Shown here one piece after another: positions 45,252-54,038 of a stretch of DNA of 64,000 nt. Position 1 is the stretch's first letter, and every line of letters begins with the position of its first letter. Where the stretch lies: positions 3,385 through 67,384 of the forward strand of contig JAFVCA010000050.1 in NCBI GenBank assembly GCA_017479705.1, in the 5' to 3' direction. The position numbers and the translations under genes are program-made. Under the pieces are notes generated by a model. It was given only the letters and a program-made list of their open reading frames with translations. It did no database searches and was not told where the DNA came from. Source of the DNA: Bacteroidales bacterium (lineage in GTDB: Bacteria > Bacteroidota > Bacteroidia > Bacteroidales > P3).

Positions 45252-45498
45252 AATAAGTTCCTCGCCCTGCTCGTCTACATCCCCTTAGCCGTTATCGGCA
45301 TGCGCGGGGGAGCCTCCACCGCCATCCGACCCATCACCATCAGCAACGCCAACCAGTACGTCAACCAGCCCTCCGAGGCCGCCATCGTGCTCAACACCCC
45401 CTTCAGCCTGCTGCGCACCATGGGGAAGACCACCTTCGCCGACCCCTGCTACATGCCGGATGCCGAGATGGAAGCCCTCTTCACCCCCCTCCACACCG

Positions 45499-45560
45499 GC
45501 GGAGAACCCCACCAGACAACGACTAACACAATCAAACAATCAAACAATCAAACATTAAAC
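45499..45560 (+). repeat. GC-hairpin-like + octamer-like array, in-frame inside the LTA-synthase linker
   Basis: gcggagaaccccaccagacaacgactaacacaatcaaacaatcaaacaatcaaacattaaac encodes GGEPHQTTTNTIKQSNNQTLN. Confidence 0.75.
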
Positions 45561-46838
45561 ATAGTAGTCCTCATCCTCGAAAGCTTCGGGCAGGAATATA
45601 TCGGAGCCTACAATGACTACCCCGGCTACACCCCCTTCCTCGACTCCCTCATCGCCCACAGCCTCACCTTCCGCCACTCCTACGCCAACGGGCGCAAAAG
45701 CATCGACGGCATGCCCTCCATCCTCTCCGGCATACCCATGTTCGTCGAACCCTTCTTCGTCACCTCCTACTCCCTCAACAACGTCAGCGGCATAGCCGGG
45801 CAGCTGGGCAGCGAAGGCTACACCACCGCCTTCTTCCACGGCGCGGAAAACGGCTCCATGGGCTTCCAAGCCTTTGCCCGCACCACCGGCTTCTCCCACT
45901 ACTACGGCCGCACCGAGTACGAAGCCGACAGCCGCTTTGGCGGCAGTGCCGACTTCGACGGCACATGGGCCATCTGGGACGAAGAGTTCCTCCAATTCTT
46001 CGCTGCCACCATGGAGCAGATGCCCCAACCCTTCATGACTGCCCTCTTCACCGCCACCTCCCACCACCCCTTCGTCGTGCCGGAGCGCTACCGCGACAGC
46101 CTCCACGCCGACGGCCACCCCCTGCACACCTGCATCCGCTACACCGACCACGCCCTGCGCCGCTTCTTTGCCGCCGCACGGCGCATGCCGTGGTATCAGA
46201 ACACCCTCTTCGTCATCACCGCGGACCACACCAACATCAACTCGCAGCCCGCCTACAACACTCCCCTCGGCACCTTCAGCGTCCCCATCATCTTCTACTC
46301 CCCTGCGGGACTGCTGCCCGTCGGCATCTCCGACGCCGTGGCCCAGCAGACCGACATCATGCCCACCCTCCTCGCCCTCACCGGCAGCCGCCGCCCCTAC
46401 ATAGCCTACGGCTGCGACCTCCTCCACACCCCCGACAGCCTCACCTGGGCCATACACTACAACAGCGGCGTATACCAATACGTGCAGAACGGCCGCCTCC
46501 TCCTCTTTGACGGGGAGCAGGCCACCGGCTGGTACGACATCGAGGCCGACCCCGCGCTCCGCAACAACCTCATCGACAGCCACAGCGTGGGCCCCGCCGC
46601 CGCCGACCCCGCCTTCACCCACCACCTTGCGCGCACTAAAGCTATCATCCAGTCCTACATGCAGCGCATGGTAGGCAACCACCTGGTCCCTTAATGCCCC
46701 GCTCCTTACGCCATCCCTCGGTCTCCCTTCGAGGCTCCCTCCCCAACCACCCATTGGAGAACGAAAAGAGAACAGACCTTGAAGGAGCCCCCGTCGGGCG
46801 AAGCAACACCGCATTTGGCACGGAAGTTGAACGCAGCC

Positions 46839-47408
46839 ATGGAAGAAACAACAACGAAACCCCAACACATGGACAAACAACGAATGACATTCGCGGCAGA
46901 CCGCCGCACCGTGACCGAAGGCGACGTAGTGGAACTGACGTGGGACTGCACAGGCAGCGAGCGGACGGAGCTGACCATCGACAATGGCTTCCGCGCCACA
47001 CAGATACCCTTGGAAGCTGTGGGCACGAAACGTTTCCGCCTCAACCGCTCAAAGGGGCGCACACACCTCACCATCGCCGCCACGGTGGAAGGGAAGACCT
47101 ACCGCAAAAAAATAGATGTGCGGGTAAAGAAGATGCCCACCGTCCGCGCCGAGACCATTGACCACCGGGGCCGCAAGGTGGGTGCCGTGGGGCAGTGGTG
47201 GCAGGGCGTGGTGACAAAATGGCATGACCTGCGCACCAAACTCCGCATGGCCATGCAGGCATTGCCGGAACGGAAGCAGATGGCCGTCAAACTGCTGGCC
47301 ATCATCGGGGTGGCAATGATGGTGAGTGCTTTCTGGCCCAAGGCAATGGGCATCGGGCTGATGCTCGTCATGGTCTATTTAGTCGTTGTGCTGATGCGCC
47401 GCAATTGA
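46839..47408 (+). CDS. Hypothetical protein with C-terminal TM anchor
   Basis: ORF 46779-47408. Start uncertain (MEETTT at 46839 or MDKQ at 46869). Beta-rich domain (VVELTWDCTGSERTELTIDNG) and a C-terminal hydrophobic segment. Confidence 0.45.
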   Translation: MEETTTKPQHMDKQRMTFAADRRTVTEGDVVELTWDCTGSERTELTIDNGFRATQIPLEAVGTKRFRLNRSKGRTHLTIAATVEGKTYRKKIDVRVKKMPTVRAETIDHRGRKVGAVGQWWQGVVTKWHDLRTKLRMAMQALPERKQMAVKLLAIIGVAMMVSAFWPKAMGIGLMLVMVYLVVVLMRRN

Positions 47409-47502
47409 AAGGCGATAATCATTGAAAGGTGAAAATTGAAAATTGAAATGTGGCTACCATACTGGCGACCCGTTTCAATTTTCAATTTTCACTTTTCAAT
47501 TT
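47405..47502. repeat. Inverted pair of heptamer arrays between convergent genes
   Basis: attgaaaggtgaaaattgaaaattgaaa (47421-47448) pairs with tttcaattttcaattttcacttttcaattt (47473-47502) across a 24-nt spacer. Both flanking stop codons lie in the arrays. Confidence 0.9.
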
Positions 47503-49425
47503 GACGGTGTCCTCCCCGAAACGGAGCACTCCGCCGCAGAGCGAGCAGCGGCCATCGCTGTAGGTGGTGTCCGCGGGGAGCAGGGTGGTGCTGAGCGTGC
47601 GGTGGTACAGCACTGCCCCTTCGCGGAAGAATTTTATGAGGTCGGGGTTGCGGGCTGTGGCCGTGTCGCAGACCAAGTAGCTGTGCCGCCCGTCGAAACA
47701 TTCAATCGCCATCCGCTTGTCGGCATCGTATACCACAATCTCATGTTGCTTTGTGGCCCGCAGGTTGACGGCCGTGAGGTAGACCACGGCTGCCAGCAAG
47801 GCACCCGAAGCCGCGGGCAGCGCCCACTGCAAGCGGCTGTGCAGAAAGAGGGTGAGGAGCAGCAGGGCGGCATAGAGCAACAGCAGCATAGGGGGGTCGC
47901 AATAGAGGTTGCCGAATACGGCGCAGGGGAGAGTTCCCACCCACGCCGTGAGGCCTTCGGCAAAGCCCAGTTCCGTCTGCAAAAGCCACACCGCTGCGTT
48001 GCCTAACACGGGGGCGGCGGTTAGCAACAGTACCGCCACGGCTGTGCCAAGCAACAACCCGGCAAAGGGCACTACAAGCAGATTGGCAATGAGGAACCAG
48101 GTGTAGACTTGGTGGAAATAGAAGATTTGTAGCGGGAGGATAAAGGCTTGGGCAGAGAGCGAGAGGCGTATCAGTTTCCATACATAGTGAGTAAGACCTG
48201 TCCACCATCGTTCAGGAGGATTACTATCGGGATGTCTGAGAGGCTCTCGCCATGCCAGAATGCCCGCTACGGCAGTGTATGAGAATTGGAATCCCACATC
48301 GAAGAGGAGGTTGGGATTGATGATCAGTAGCAGCAGGGCAGAGGTGCATAGGTTGTTGAACGGTAGGGGTTGCTCTTGCAGCATGTTGCCAATAATCAAT
48401 AGGGAGAACATCACGGCGGCACGGAGGGTGGAGGGTGCCAAGCCGGTGATGAAAGCAAAGACCCAGACGGCCAACAGCTGGACGGAGCCTTTCACCACCC
48501 GTTGCCACCGCAGTCGACCCATAAAGAGGAAGAGCAGCCCCGCCATCCAGGCAATGATACCCACATGCAAGCCGGAGACGCAGAGCAGATGGGCAATGCC
48601 GGCTTGCCGGAAGTGGAGGAGGGTAAGGTCGTCGAGGGCGTCGCGCCAACCCAGCAGCAGGGCTGCTGCGATGCCTTTGTGGCGCGGCGAGAGGGTGGTG
48701 GCCTGCAGTCGGTCCACCAGCTCCCGTTGCACGCGCTTGGACCATGCTTTCAGCCCCGAATGACGGGCAAGGCTGTCGGGAAGGAGCTGCCATGCGTCGG
48801 CGGGCACGTAGCCCTGCCACGCGATGCCTTTGCGCAGCAGGTGGCGGCGATAGTCGAACTGGTGGGGGTTGCGGCTGCTGTCCGGCAGTTGGGGTTGGGT
48901 GCGGATGGTGAGGCGGTCGCCATAGCGCAGGGCGGCAGCGGAGCTGTCCTTGTGGAAGTAGAGGAGGATGGGACAGGAGGCCGGGAGCCACTCGTCGCCC
49001 CGCCAGATGCCCTCGACGTGGGCCGTAACCTTGTAGGAGCGTCGGGACTGGTGTGGCGAGTCGTCGAGGCGGATCTGAAGGATGGTCGCGGCACGACCTT
49101 GTGTTCCCCAGCCCCCGGACGGGAGCCCGTCGGCGGGAGTGGTGCGGTGGAGGTTGGCCAACAGGATGCCAAACACGATGAAGAATGCCCAAAGGGAGGC
49201 GAGGAAGGGGAGCGAGGACCAGCGGACACGGGTAAAAGCGGCAAGAGCCATCGGCACCACGGCAACGGCCATGAGCAGCAGCAGGGGTGTGGCACCCACA
49301 GTGGGCAGGAGGTCGGCACAGGCTATGCCCAAGGCAAAGGGCGTCACCACCCACAGCATGGGTGCCCGAACCATAAGCCGGGACAGGGTATGGGAGAGTG
49401 ACAGGGGCTGTTTGTTGCGGTGCAT
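47482..49425 (-). CDS. comEC: ComEC/Rec2 family competence (DNA internalisation) protein
   Basis: 647 aa, polytopic. FRQAGIAHLLCVSGLHVGIIA is the competence-domain motif. Ends in KLKSEN within the heptamer array. Confidence 0.85.
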   Translation of the reverse strand: MHRNKQPLSLSHTLSRLMVRAPMLWVVTPFALGIACADLLPTVGATPLLLLMAVAVVPMALAAFTRVRWSSLPFLASLWAFFIVFGILLANLHRTTPADGLPSGGWGTQGRAATILQIRLDDSPHQSRRSYKVTAHVEGIWRGDEWLPASCPILLYFHKDSSAAALRYGDRLTIRTQPQLPDSSRNPHQFDYRRHLLRKGIAWQGYVPADAWQLLPDSLARHSGLKAWSKRVQRELVDRLQATTLSPRHKGIAAALLLGWRDALDDLTLLHFRQAGIAHLLCVSGLHVGIIAWMAGLLFLFMGRLRWQRVVKGSVQLLAVWVFAFITGLAPSTLRAAVMFSLLIIGNMLQEQPLPFNNLCTSALLLLIINPNLLFDVGFQFSYTAVAGILAWREPLRHPDSNPPERWWTGLTHYVWKLIRLSLSAQAFILPLQIFYFHQVYTWFLIANLLVVPFAGLLLGTAVAVLLLTAAPVLGNAAVWLLQTELGFAEGLTAWVGTLPCAVFGNLYCDPPMLLLLYAALLLLTLFLHSRLQWALPAASGALLAAVVYLTAVNLRATKQHEIVVYDADKRMAIECFDGRHSYLVCDTATARNPDLIKFFREGAVLYHRTLSTTLLPADTTYSDGRCSLCGGVLRFGEDTVKLKSEN

Positions 49426-49535
49426 GGATGGATTTTACCTACTGAATAAGAGTGCGTTGCTGAGGGTTTGTACGGCGTGCATGAATCCGTTTCAGGATGC
49501 AAATGTACAGAAAAAAATTTGTTTAGCGAACTTCT

Positions 49536-49654
49536 ATAAATCACTTCGGGGAGGTGAGCCTACTCATAACACTTTACAGGCCGAAGGCGCAGAGTGTTGA
49601 CATTCAGAAAAGAGCAAGCGCGTCCCGAAGGGACGCAACAATGAAAACAAATAG
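49536..49654 (+). repeat. ~120-bp leader-like element, copy A (orphan, mini-ORF MKTNS)
   Basis: About three quarters of positions are identical by eye to 59665-59785, including ggggaggtgag, the hairpin gcgtcccgaagggacgc and acaatgaaaacaaatag. Confidence 0.8.
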
Positions 49655-49808
49655 TTAGAAACAGTTTTTGGGGTATGCTGAAAGTGGTGTGCGGGCAGAG
49701 GTTGTACAATAGGAATTCTCTTTCAGCAGGTTATTGAGAGTCAGAATCTATTGCGACGATTGTTTCCTGAGGGGGATATCTGGTTGTTTATGTGTTGAGA
49801 AAAAGTTG

Positions 49809-49816
49809 TATTTTTG
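49809..49816 (+). promoter_or_regulatory. -7 box TAttTTTG upstream of the DUF1294 gene
   Basis: tatttttg lies 27 nt upstream of the ATG at 49843. Confidence 0.45.
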
Positions 49817-49842
49817 CATATTGAAACAATGATTTTGACTAT

Positions 49843-50127
49843 ATGAAGAGCGGTGTGCTGCATGCAATTGTGCTGTATATTGTGGTAGTGAATGTGGTGA
49901 CATTCATCGTCTATGGCGTTGACAAATGGAGGGCGCGGCACGGGAAATGGCGTGTGCCGGAGCATACCCTGTTGGGATTGGCGGCCGTGGGTGGCAGCAT
50001 CGGTGCCTGGGCGGCGATGCGCTGTTTCCGCCACAAGACACTCCATAACAAGTTCCGTATCGGGGTTCCCGTTATCCTGTTGGTGCAGCTGGTCATCGCT
50101 GTATTTATAGCAGCTAAGAGGGGTTAA
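49843..50127 (+). CDS. DUF1294 family membrane protein
   Basis: 94 aa. YGVDKWRARHGKWRVPEHTLLGLAAVGGSIGAWAAMRCFRHKT is typical of DUF1294. Confidence 0.8.
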   Translation: MKSGVLHAIVLYIVVVNVVTFIVYGVDKWRARHGKWRVPEHTLLGLAAVGGSIGAWAAMRCFRHKTLHNKFRIGVPVILLVQLVIAVFIAAKRG

Positions 50128-50312
50128 AAAATGCTTTCATAACCAGTTTTTCTGCAAAAAAACGGAGGTTGATAGCATCTGTGTGTAAAATTATAGTGCT
50201 GATATATAGTGTAGTGTAAAATATTTTTCTTCGAAATCTTGTTTGTATTATAAAGTTGTTTATCTTTGCAGCGTGATTCTGAAATGCTGCGCAGCTTTGG
50301 AGGATATCACGA

Positions 50313-50345
50313 GCGGAGAACCTTCGCTGGGCGGAGAACCTCCGC
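50313..50345 (+). repeat. Two tandem GC hairpin repeats in the 5' leader of the 50385 gene
   Basis: gcggagaaccttcgc (50313-50327) and gcggagaacctccgc (50331-50345), downstream of a TAtcTTTG box at 50261-50268. Confidence 0.85.
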
Positions 50346-50384
50346 TGGTATTAAAGTTGTTGAACATATTAAATTTTTAAAGAA

Positions 50385-51020
50385 ATGGAACAGAACAAGG
50401 AAATGACGGCTCAGGAGAGCCTGTCGCTCATCACGGAGACGCTGAACAGCAGCCGCAAAGAGATTACGCGCCGCAGTGCAAAATACTACATCCTGTGGGG
50501 TACGTTGCTTACGGTCTTCTCGTTGATAATCTACTTCCTATGGAAATCTACGGACAAGGCGGCTTGGAACTGCCTGTGGTTTGCCATGCCCGTGATAGGA
50601 TACTTAGTGGCTTGGGTAGGGCTGGGCAAAAAGCAGGAGGAAAGGGTGAGCAACGATGTGAGCCGCATCACAAGCGGCATTTGGTCGACCTTCGGCATCT
50701 TCGCTTGCGCCGTGGCGGCCTTCACAATTATCTTTTCCCATGTGCATGTGGGTACAGACAATATTGGCGGGGCCGTCCGCGCCTTGATAGCACTTGGAAG
50801 TCTCACGGGGGAGATTGTGCTGATATTTGGATTGGCCGAAAGTGCCTGTGGCGTGGCCCTGAAGAACTGGGTCATGAAGATTGCCGGATTTGTGACGGGC
50901 ATCGGCGGCCTGTGCAGCTACTACATCACCGGAGCCAGCCACGATCAGATGCTCATCTTCACTTTTGCTGGATTGGTATTGGTAGCCACGGGCCTGATTG
51001 TCAAACATCAATACAAGTAA
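50385..51020 (+). CDS. Multi-pass membrane protein, paralogous architecture to 12569-13210
   Basis: 211 aa with about 5 TM helices. Followed 3 nt later by a wHTH gene. Confidence 0.65.
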   Translation: MEQNKEMTAQESLSLITETLNSSRKEITRRSAKYYILWGTLLTVFSLIIYFLWKSTDKAAWNCLWFAMPVIGYLVAWVGLGKKQEERVSNDVSRITSGIWSTFGIFACAVAAFTIIFSHVHVGTDNIGGAVRALIALGSLTGEIVLIFGLAESACGVALKNWVMKIAGFVTGIGGLCSYYITGASHDQMLIFTFAGLVLVATGLIVKHQYK

Positions 51021-51023
51021 GCC

Positions 51024-51314
51024 ATGCTGCCCAAATTAGATCCGCTTTTGCACTCGGAGCTGCGGTTAGCCATCATGTCGATACTGGCCGGCGTGGAGGA
51101 GGCCGACTTCAACTACCTGAAGGAGCAGACTGGTGCCACGTCGGGCAACCTGAGCGTGCAGATAGACAAACTGGCTGAGGCTGGATATATAGCCGTGGAG
51201 AAAGGCTTCAAAGGGAAAAAGCCGTGCACCACCTGCCGCATAACGCCCACTGGGACAGAAGCCTTCCGCAACTACGTCAAAGCGTTGAAGAGGTATATCT
51301 CCGCTGGGAAATGA
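51024..51314 (+). CDS. Winged-helix transcriptional regulator (paralog of 12240-12563)
   Basis: 96 aa. LRLAIMSILAGVEEADFNYLKEQTGATSGNLSVQIDKLAEAGYIAVEK parallels ARLGIMSVLMVNESADFATLKQLLALTDGNLASHTRALEELGYIQCEK. Confidence 0.7.
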   Translation: MLPKLDPLLHSELRLAIMSILAGVEEADFNYLKEQTGATSGNLSVQIDKLAEAGYIAVEKGFKGKKPCTTCRITPTGTEAFRNYVKALKRYISAGK

Positions 51315-51530
51315 CGGCAGGAGCTTTGTTGAATGTTTGGTTGTGAGAATCAAACAATCTCACAATCAAAGGTCACTTCTAAAAATTATTGTTGAACACG
51401 AATTACACTAATCTAACGAATTATTATTCGGGCTATTTGTGTTATTCGTGTTTGTCAGAATGAATAATTAGTGGTTGTCCAAACGTTCTTTTTCTGGTAT
51501 GTCGGAGTTTTTTTGTATTTTTGCAAACGC

Positions 51531-51602
51531 AAATTGAATGTGTTAATTCGTGAATGTGTTAATGTGTTAGTCGATTTGAATGTGTTAATTCGTGAATGTG
51601 TT
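51531..51602 (-). repeat. Octamer array (reverse orientation) in the leader of the HAD gene
   Basis: aaattgaatgtgttaattcgtgaatgtgttaatgtgttagtcgatttgaatgtgttaattcgtgaatgtgtt. Lies downstream of a TAttTTTG box at 51516-51523. Confidence 0.85.
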
Positions 51603-51702
51603 CTGAGGGCAAGCCGAATGGGGGCGAGTAGGCCCGTAGTGGTGAGACGAGGAAATGGCTGTTGGAATTTGACAAACTTTTTTATTAACTAAAAACAGTA
51701 TT

Positions 51703-52767
51703 ATGATGAAACAACGTTTATTGATTGTCGCGTTTGCCGTGATGGCGGTCTTTGCGGGCTGCGGCAAGGAGGACACGACTGTAATCCAGCAGAAGAATTA
51801 CTTCCCTTCGTGGAACAACTGCGAGGCGCTGCAGGCACTGCAGGAGTATGTCACTGACGTGACGGACCCCAAGTCGCCCAACTACATCCGCAAGGAGGAC
51901 CGTATTGCCACCTTCGACATGGACGGAACGTTTGTGGGTGAGCTGTATCCTACCTATTTCGAGTATAATCTGTTGGAGTATCGTGCATTGGACGATGCTT
52001 CGTACAGTGCCCCGGAGTCGGTACGCGAGACGGCTCAGGAGATTCGTGACTTTGTGCGCAACGGTGCTCCGCTGCCGGACCATTTCGACATGAAGCATGC
52101 ACAGGCGGCAGCCACGGCCTACGCGGGCATGACGCTTGCGGAGTTCCGCAACTATGTGCTGACGTATGCTGCCAAGCCCGCCAACGGTTTCATTGGCATG
52201 ACTTATGCGCAGAGTTTCTACAAGCCGATTTTGGAGGTGTTCGACTATTTGGAGGACAACGGATTCACCTATTATGTGGTTTCGGGTTCCGACCGCTTTA
52301 TCTGCCGCGCTTTGGTGGAGTCGCTGGGCATTGAGCCCAACCGCGTGATTGGCATGGATGTGAAGTTGAAGACCACCGGCCAAGGCGAGGAGGCAGGTGT
52401 GAACTACACGATGGGAAGGGAGGAGAACATTGTGCGTACGGATGAGTTGATTATTAAGAACTTGAAGACTAACAAGGTGCTCCAGATTTCGCAGGAGATT
52501 GGCAAGGTGCCGGTGCTGTCATTCGGCAACAGCGGCGGCGACTGCGCGATGCACAATTACTGTCTGAGCAGCACGCACCGCAGTGCAGCATTCATGCTCA
52601 TTGCCGACGACGAGGCCCGTGACCATGCCAACCGCGAGAAGGCTCTGCGGCTGGGCGAGCAGTGGCGCGAGGCGGGATACCACGTCATCTCGATGCGCGA
52701 CGATTTCAAGACTATCTACGGCGAAGGGGTGCTGAAGACGGCGTTCACCTTCCCTGCCAGCAAGTAG
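51703..52767 (+). CDS. HAD superfamily hydrolase lipoprotein
   Basis: 354 aa. Lipobox (VFAGCG). Motif I FDMDGTF. VVSGSDRF. FGNSGGD. Confidence 0.7.
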   Translation: MMKQRLLIVAFAVMAVFAGCGKEDTTVIQQKNYFPSWNNCEALQALQEYVTDVTDPKSPNYIRKEDRIATFDMDGTFVGELYPTYFEYNLLEYRALDDASYSAPESVRETAQEIRDFVRNGAPLPDHFDMKHAQAAATAYAGMTLAEFRNYVLTYAAKPANGFIGMTYAQSFYKPILEVFDYLEDNGFTYYVVSGSDRFICRALVESLGIEPNRVIGMDVKLKTTGQGEEAGVNYTMGREENIVRTDELIIKNLKTNKVLQISQEIGKVPVLSFGNSGGDCAMHNYCLSSTHRSAAFMLIADDEARDHANREKALRLGEQWREAGYHVISMRDDFKTIYGEGVLKTAFTFPASK

Positions 52768-52853
52768 CAGCTTTGTAATTTACGAAAAAAGGAAGAGAGG
52801 GTACCCACTTGGGATACCCTCTCTTATTATATTATACAGCGGGCAGACGTTGT

Positions 52854-53903
52854 TTAGTCGACGTCGGCGCGGGCCATGGAGTCTTTGTAGTACTTCTGGT
52901 TGATGAAGACGTCCTCTTTGTAGGGGTTAATGTGGCGCTTCTTGGAGACGGCGATGATGTAGCAGATGGCAATGATGTTGGTGATGAGTGCCAAGGCACT
53001 GATGACGGTCATGGCGGTGGGGTTGGCGTTGGCAGTGCCGCCCTCGACGATGCCGTTCAGTGTGCCGTCGGCGTAGGTGGTGGGCAGGGCCACCCAGTTG
53101 AATTTGTGGAAACCGTCATGGAAGGTCTCTTGGAACAGGGGGAACACTTGTGCAAACATGCACCAGATGGCCAGGGTGTTGGCGCGGTTCTGAATCCAGC
53201 CGCCGCGGTTCCAGAGCAGGGCAGCCACGGTGGGGGCCAGCAGCAGGGCGATGCCGCAGAACCAGCTGTGGGTGGGCAGGCAGTTGTAGGTGTAGGCAAA
53301 GTTCCAGATGTCGTAGATGACGATGTAGACCCAGGTCATGTCGGCCCAAATCATGTCTTTCTTGTCCTTGGAGGAGTAGACGTTCCACCAGGCGGTCATG
53401 CAGAAGATGTTGATGATGCCGGCAATGCCGTTCATGACGTTGTGCCAGCCACCATACAGCCACACGCCTTCGCTGCTGAGCCACCAGCAGTTCCAGCCTT
53501 TGATGGCACTCTCGAAGTCGGAGGCCACGGCGATGAGGATATTGATGGCAACGATGACGAAGGGGAAGGGTTTGAACCAATGCTTGGCACCGATGCCCCA
53601 TTTGTATTTGATCATCATGAAGCCGATGCAGCCGGTGAGGGCGGCATAGAGCTTGGCGTAGTGGAACCAGCCGTTCATGTAGAGGTGGGTCTGGTTGTTG
53701 AGAGCCCATTCGGCCCCGGTGCGGGCACCGATGGCGATGGCCACGAAGTAGGCTGTCAGAGCCAACGGGATGGCAAGGAAGGTGATGAGACCGCCCGTCT
53801 TGGTGCGACGGGCAAATTCGTTCCAGAGGATGAGGCCAGCCAGTACTACCAGCATCATTCCCCATTGCAGGAGGGCGTGTTCGCCGTAAACATGGAAAAA
53901 CAT
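52854..53903 (-). CDS. Polytopic membrane protein, unknown function
   Basis: 349 aa, about 9-10 TM helices, Trp-rich. A TAtaTTTG box lies upstream on the minus strand near 53975-53990. Confidence 0.65.
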   Translation of the reverse strand: MFFHVYGEHALLQWGMMLVVLAGLILWNEFARRTKTGGLITFLAIPLALTAYFVAIAIGARTGAEWALNNQTHLYMNGWFHYAKLYAALTGCIGFMMIKYKWGIGAKHWFKPFPFVIVAINILIAVASDFESAIKGWNCWWLSSEGVWLYGGWHNVMNGIAGIINIFCMTAWWNVYSSKDKKDMIWADMTWVYIVIYDIWNFAYTYNCLPTHSWFCGIALLLAPTVAALLWNRGGWIQNRANTLAIWCMFAQVFPLFQETFHDGFHKFNWVALPTTYADGTLNGIVEGGTANANPTAMTVISALALITNIIAICYIIAVSKKRHINPYKEDVFINQKYYKDSMARADVD

Positions 53904-54038
53904 AATCTTTGAGTATTTGTTAATATGATATTATTGCCTTGATTGCCTTTAATGTATAATGTTTGCATAGGTGTCTTTCACCTATGCAAATATACATAAA
54001 TTTCTTAAACCAGCAAGTGTTTTAATGGTTTCCCGCAT

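Larger units (their letters stand above)
44647..46694 (+). pseudogene. LTA synthase family / sulfatase-type phosphotransferase, split into two frames at a repeat cassette
   Basis: The N-terminal 5-TM module (44647-45288) and the linker + sulfatase domain (45219-46694: NIVVLILESFG, DGMPSILSG, VITADHT) are in different frames. The frame change coincides with the GC box + heptamer array at 45197-45251. Confidence 0.55.
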
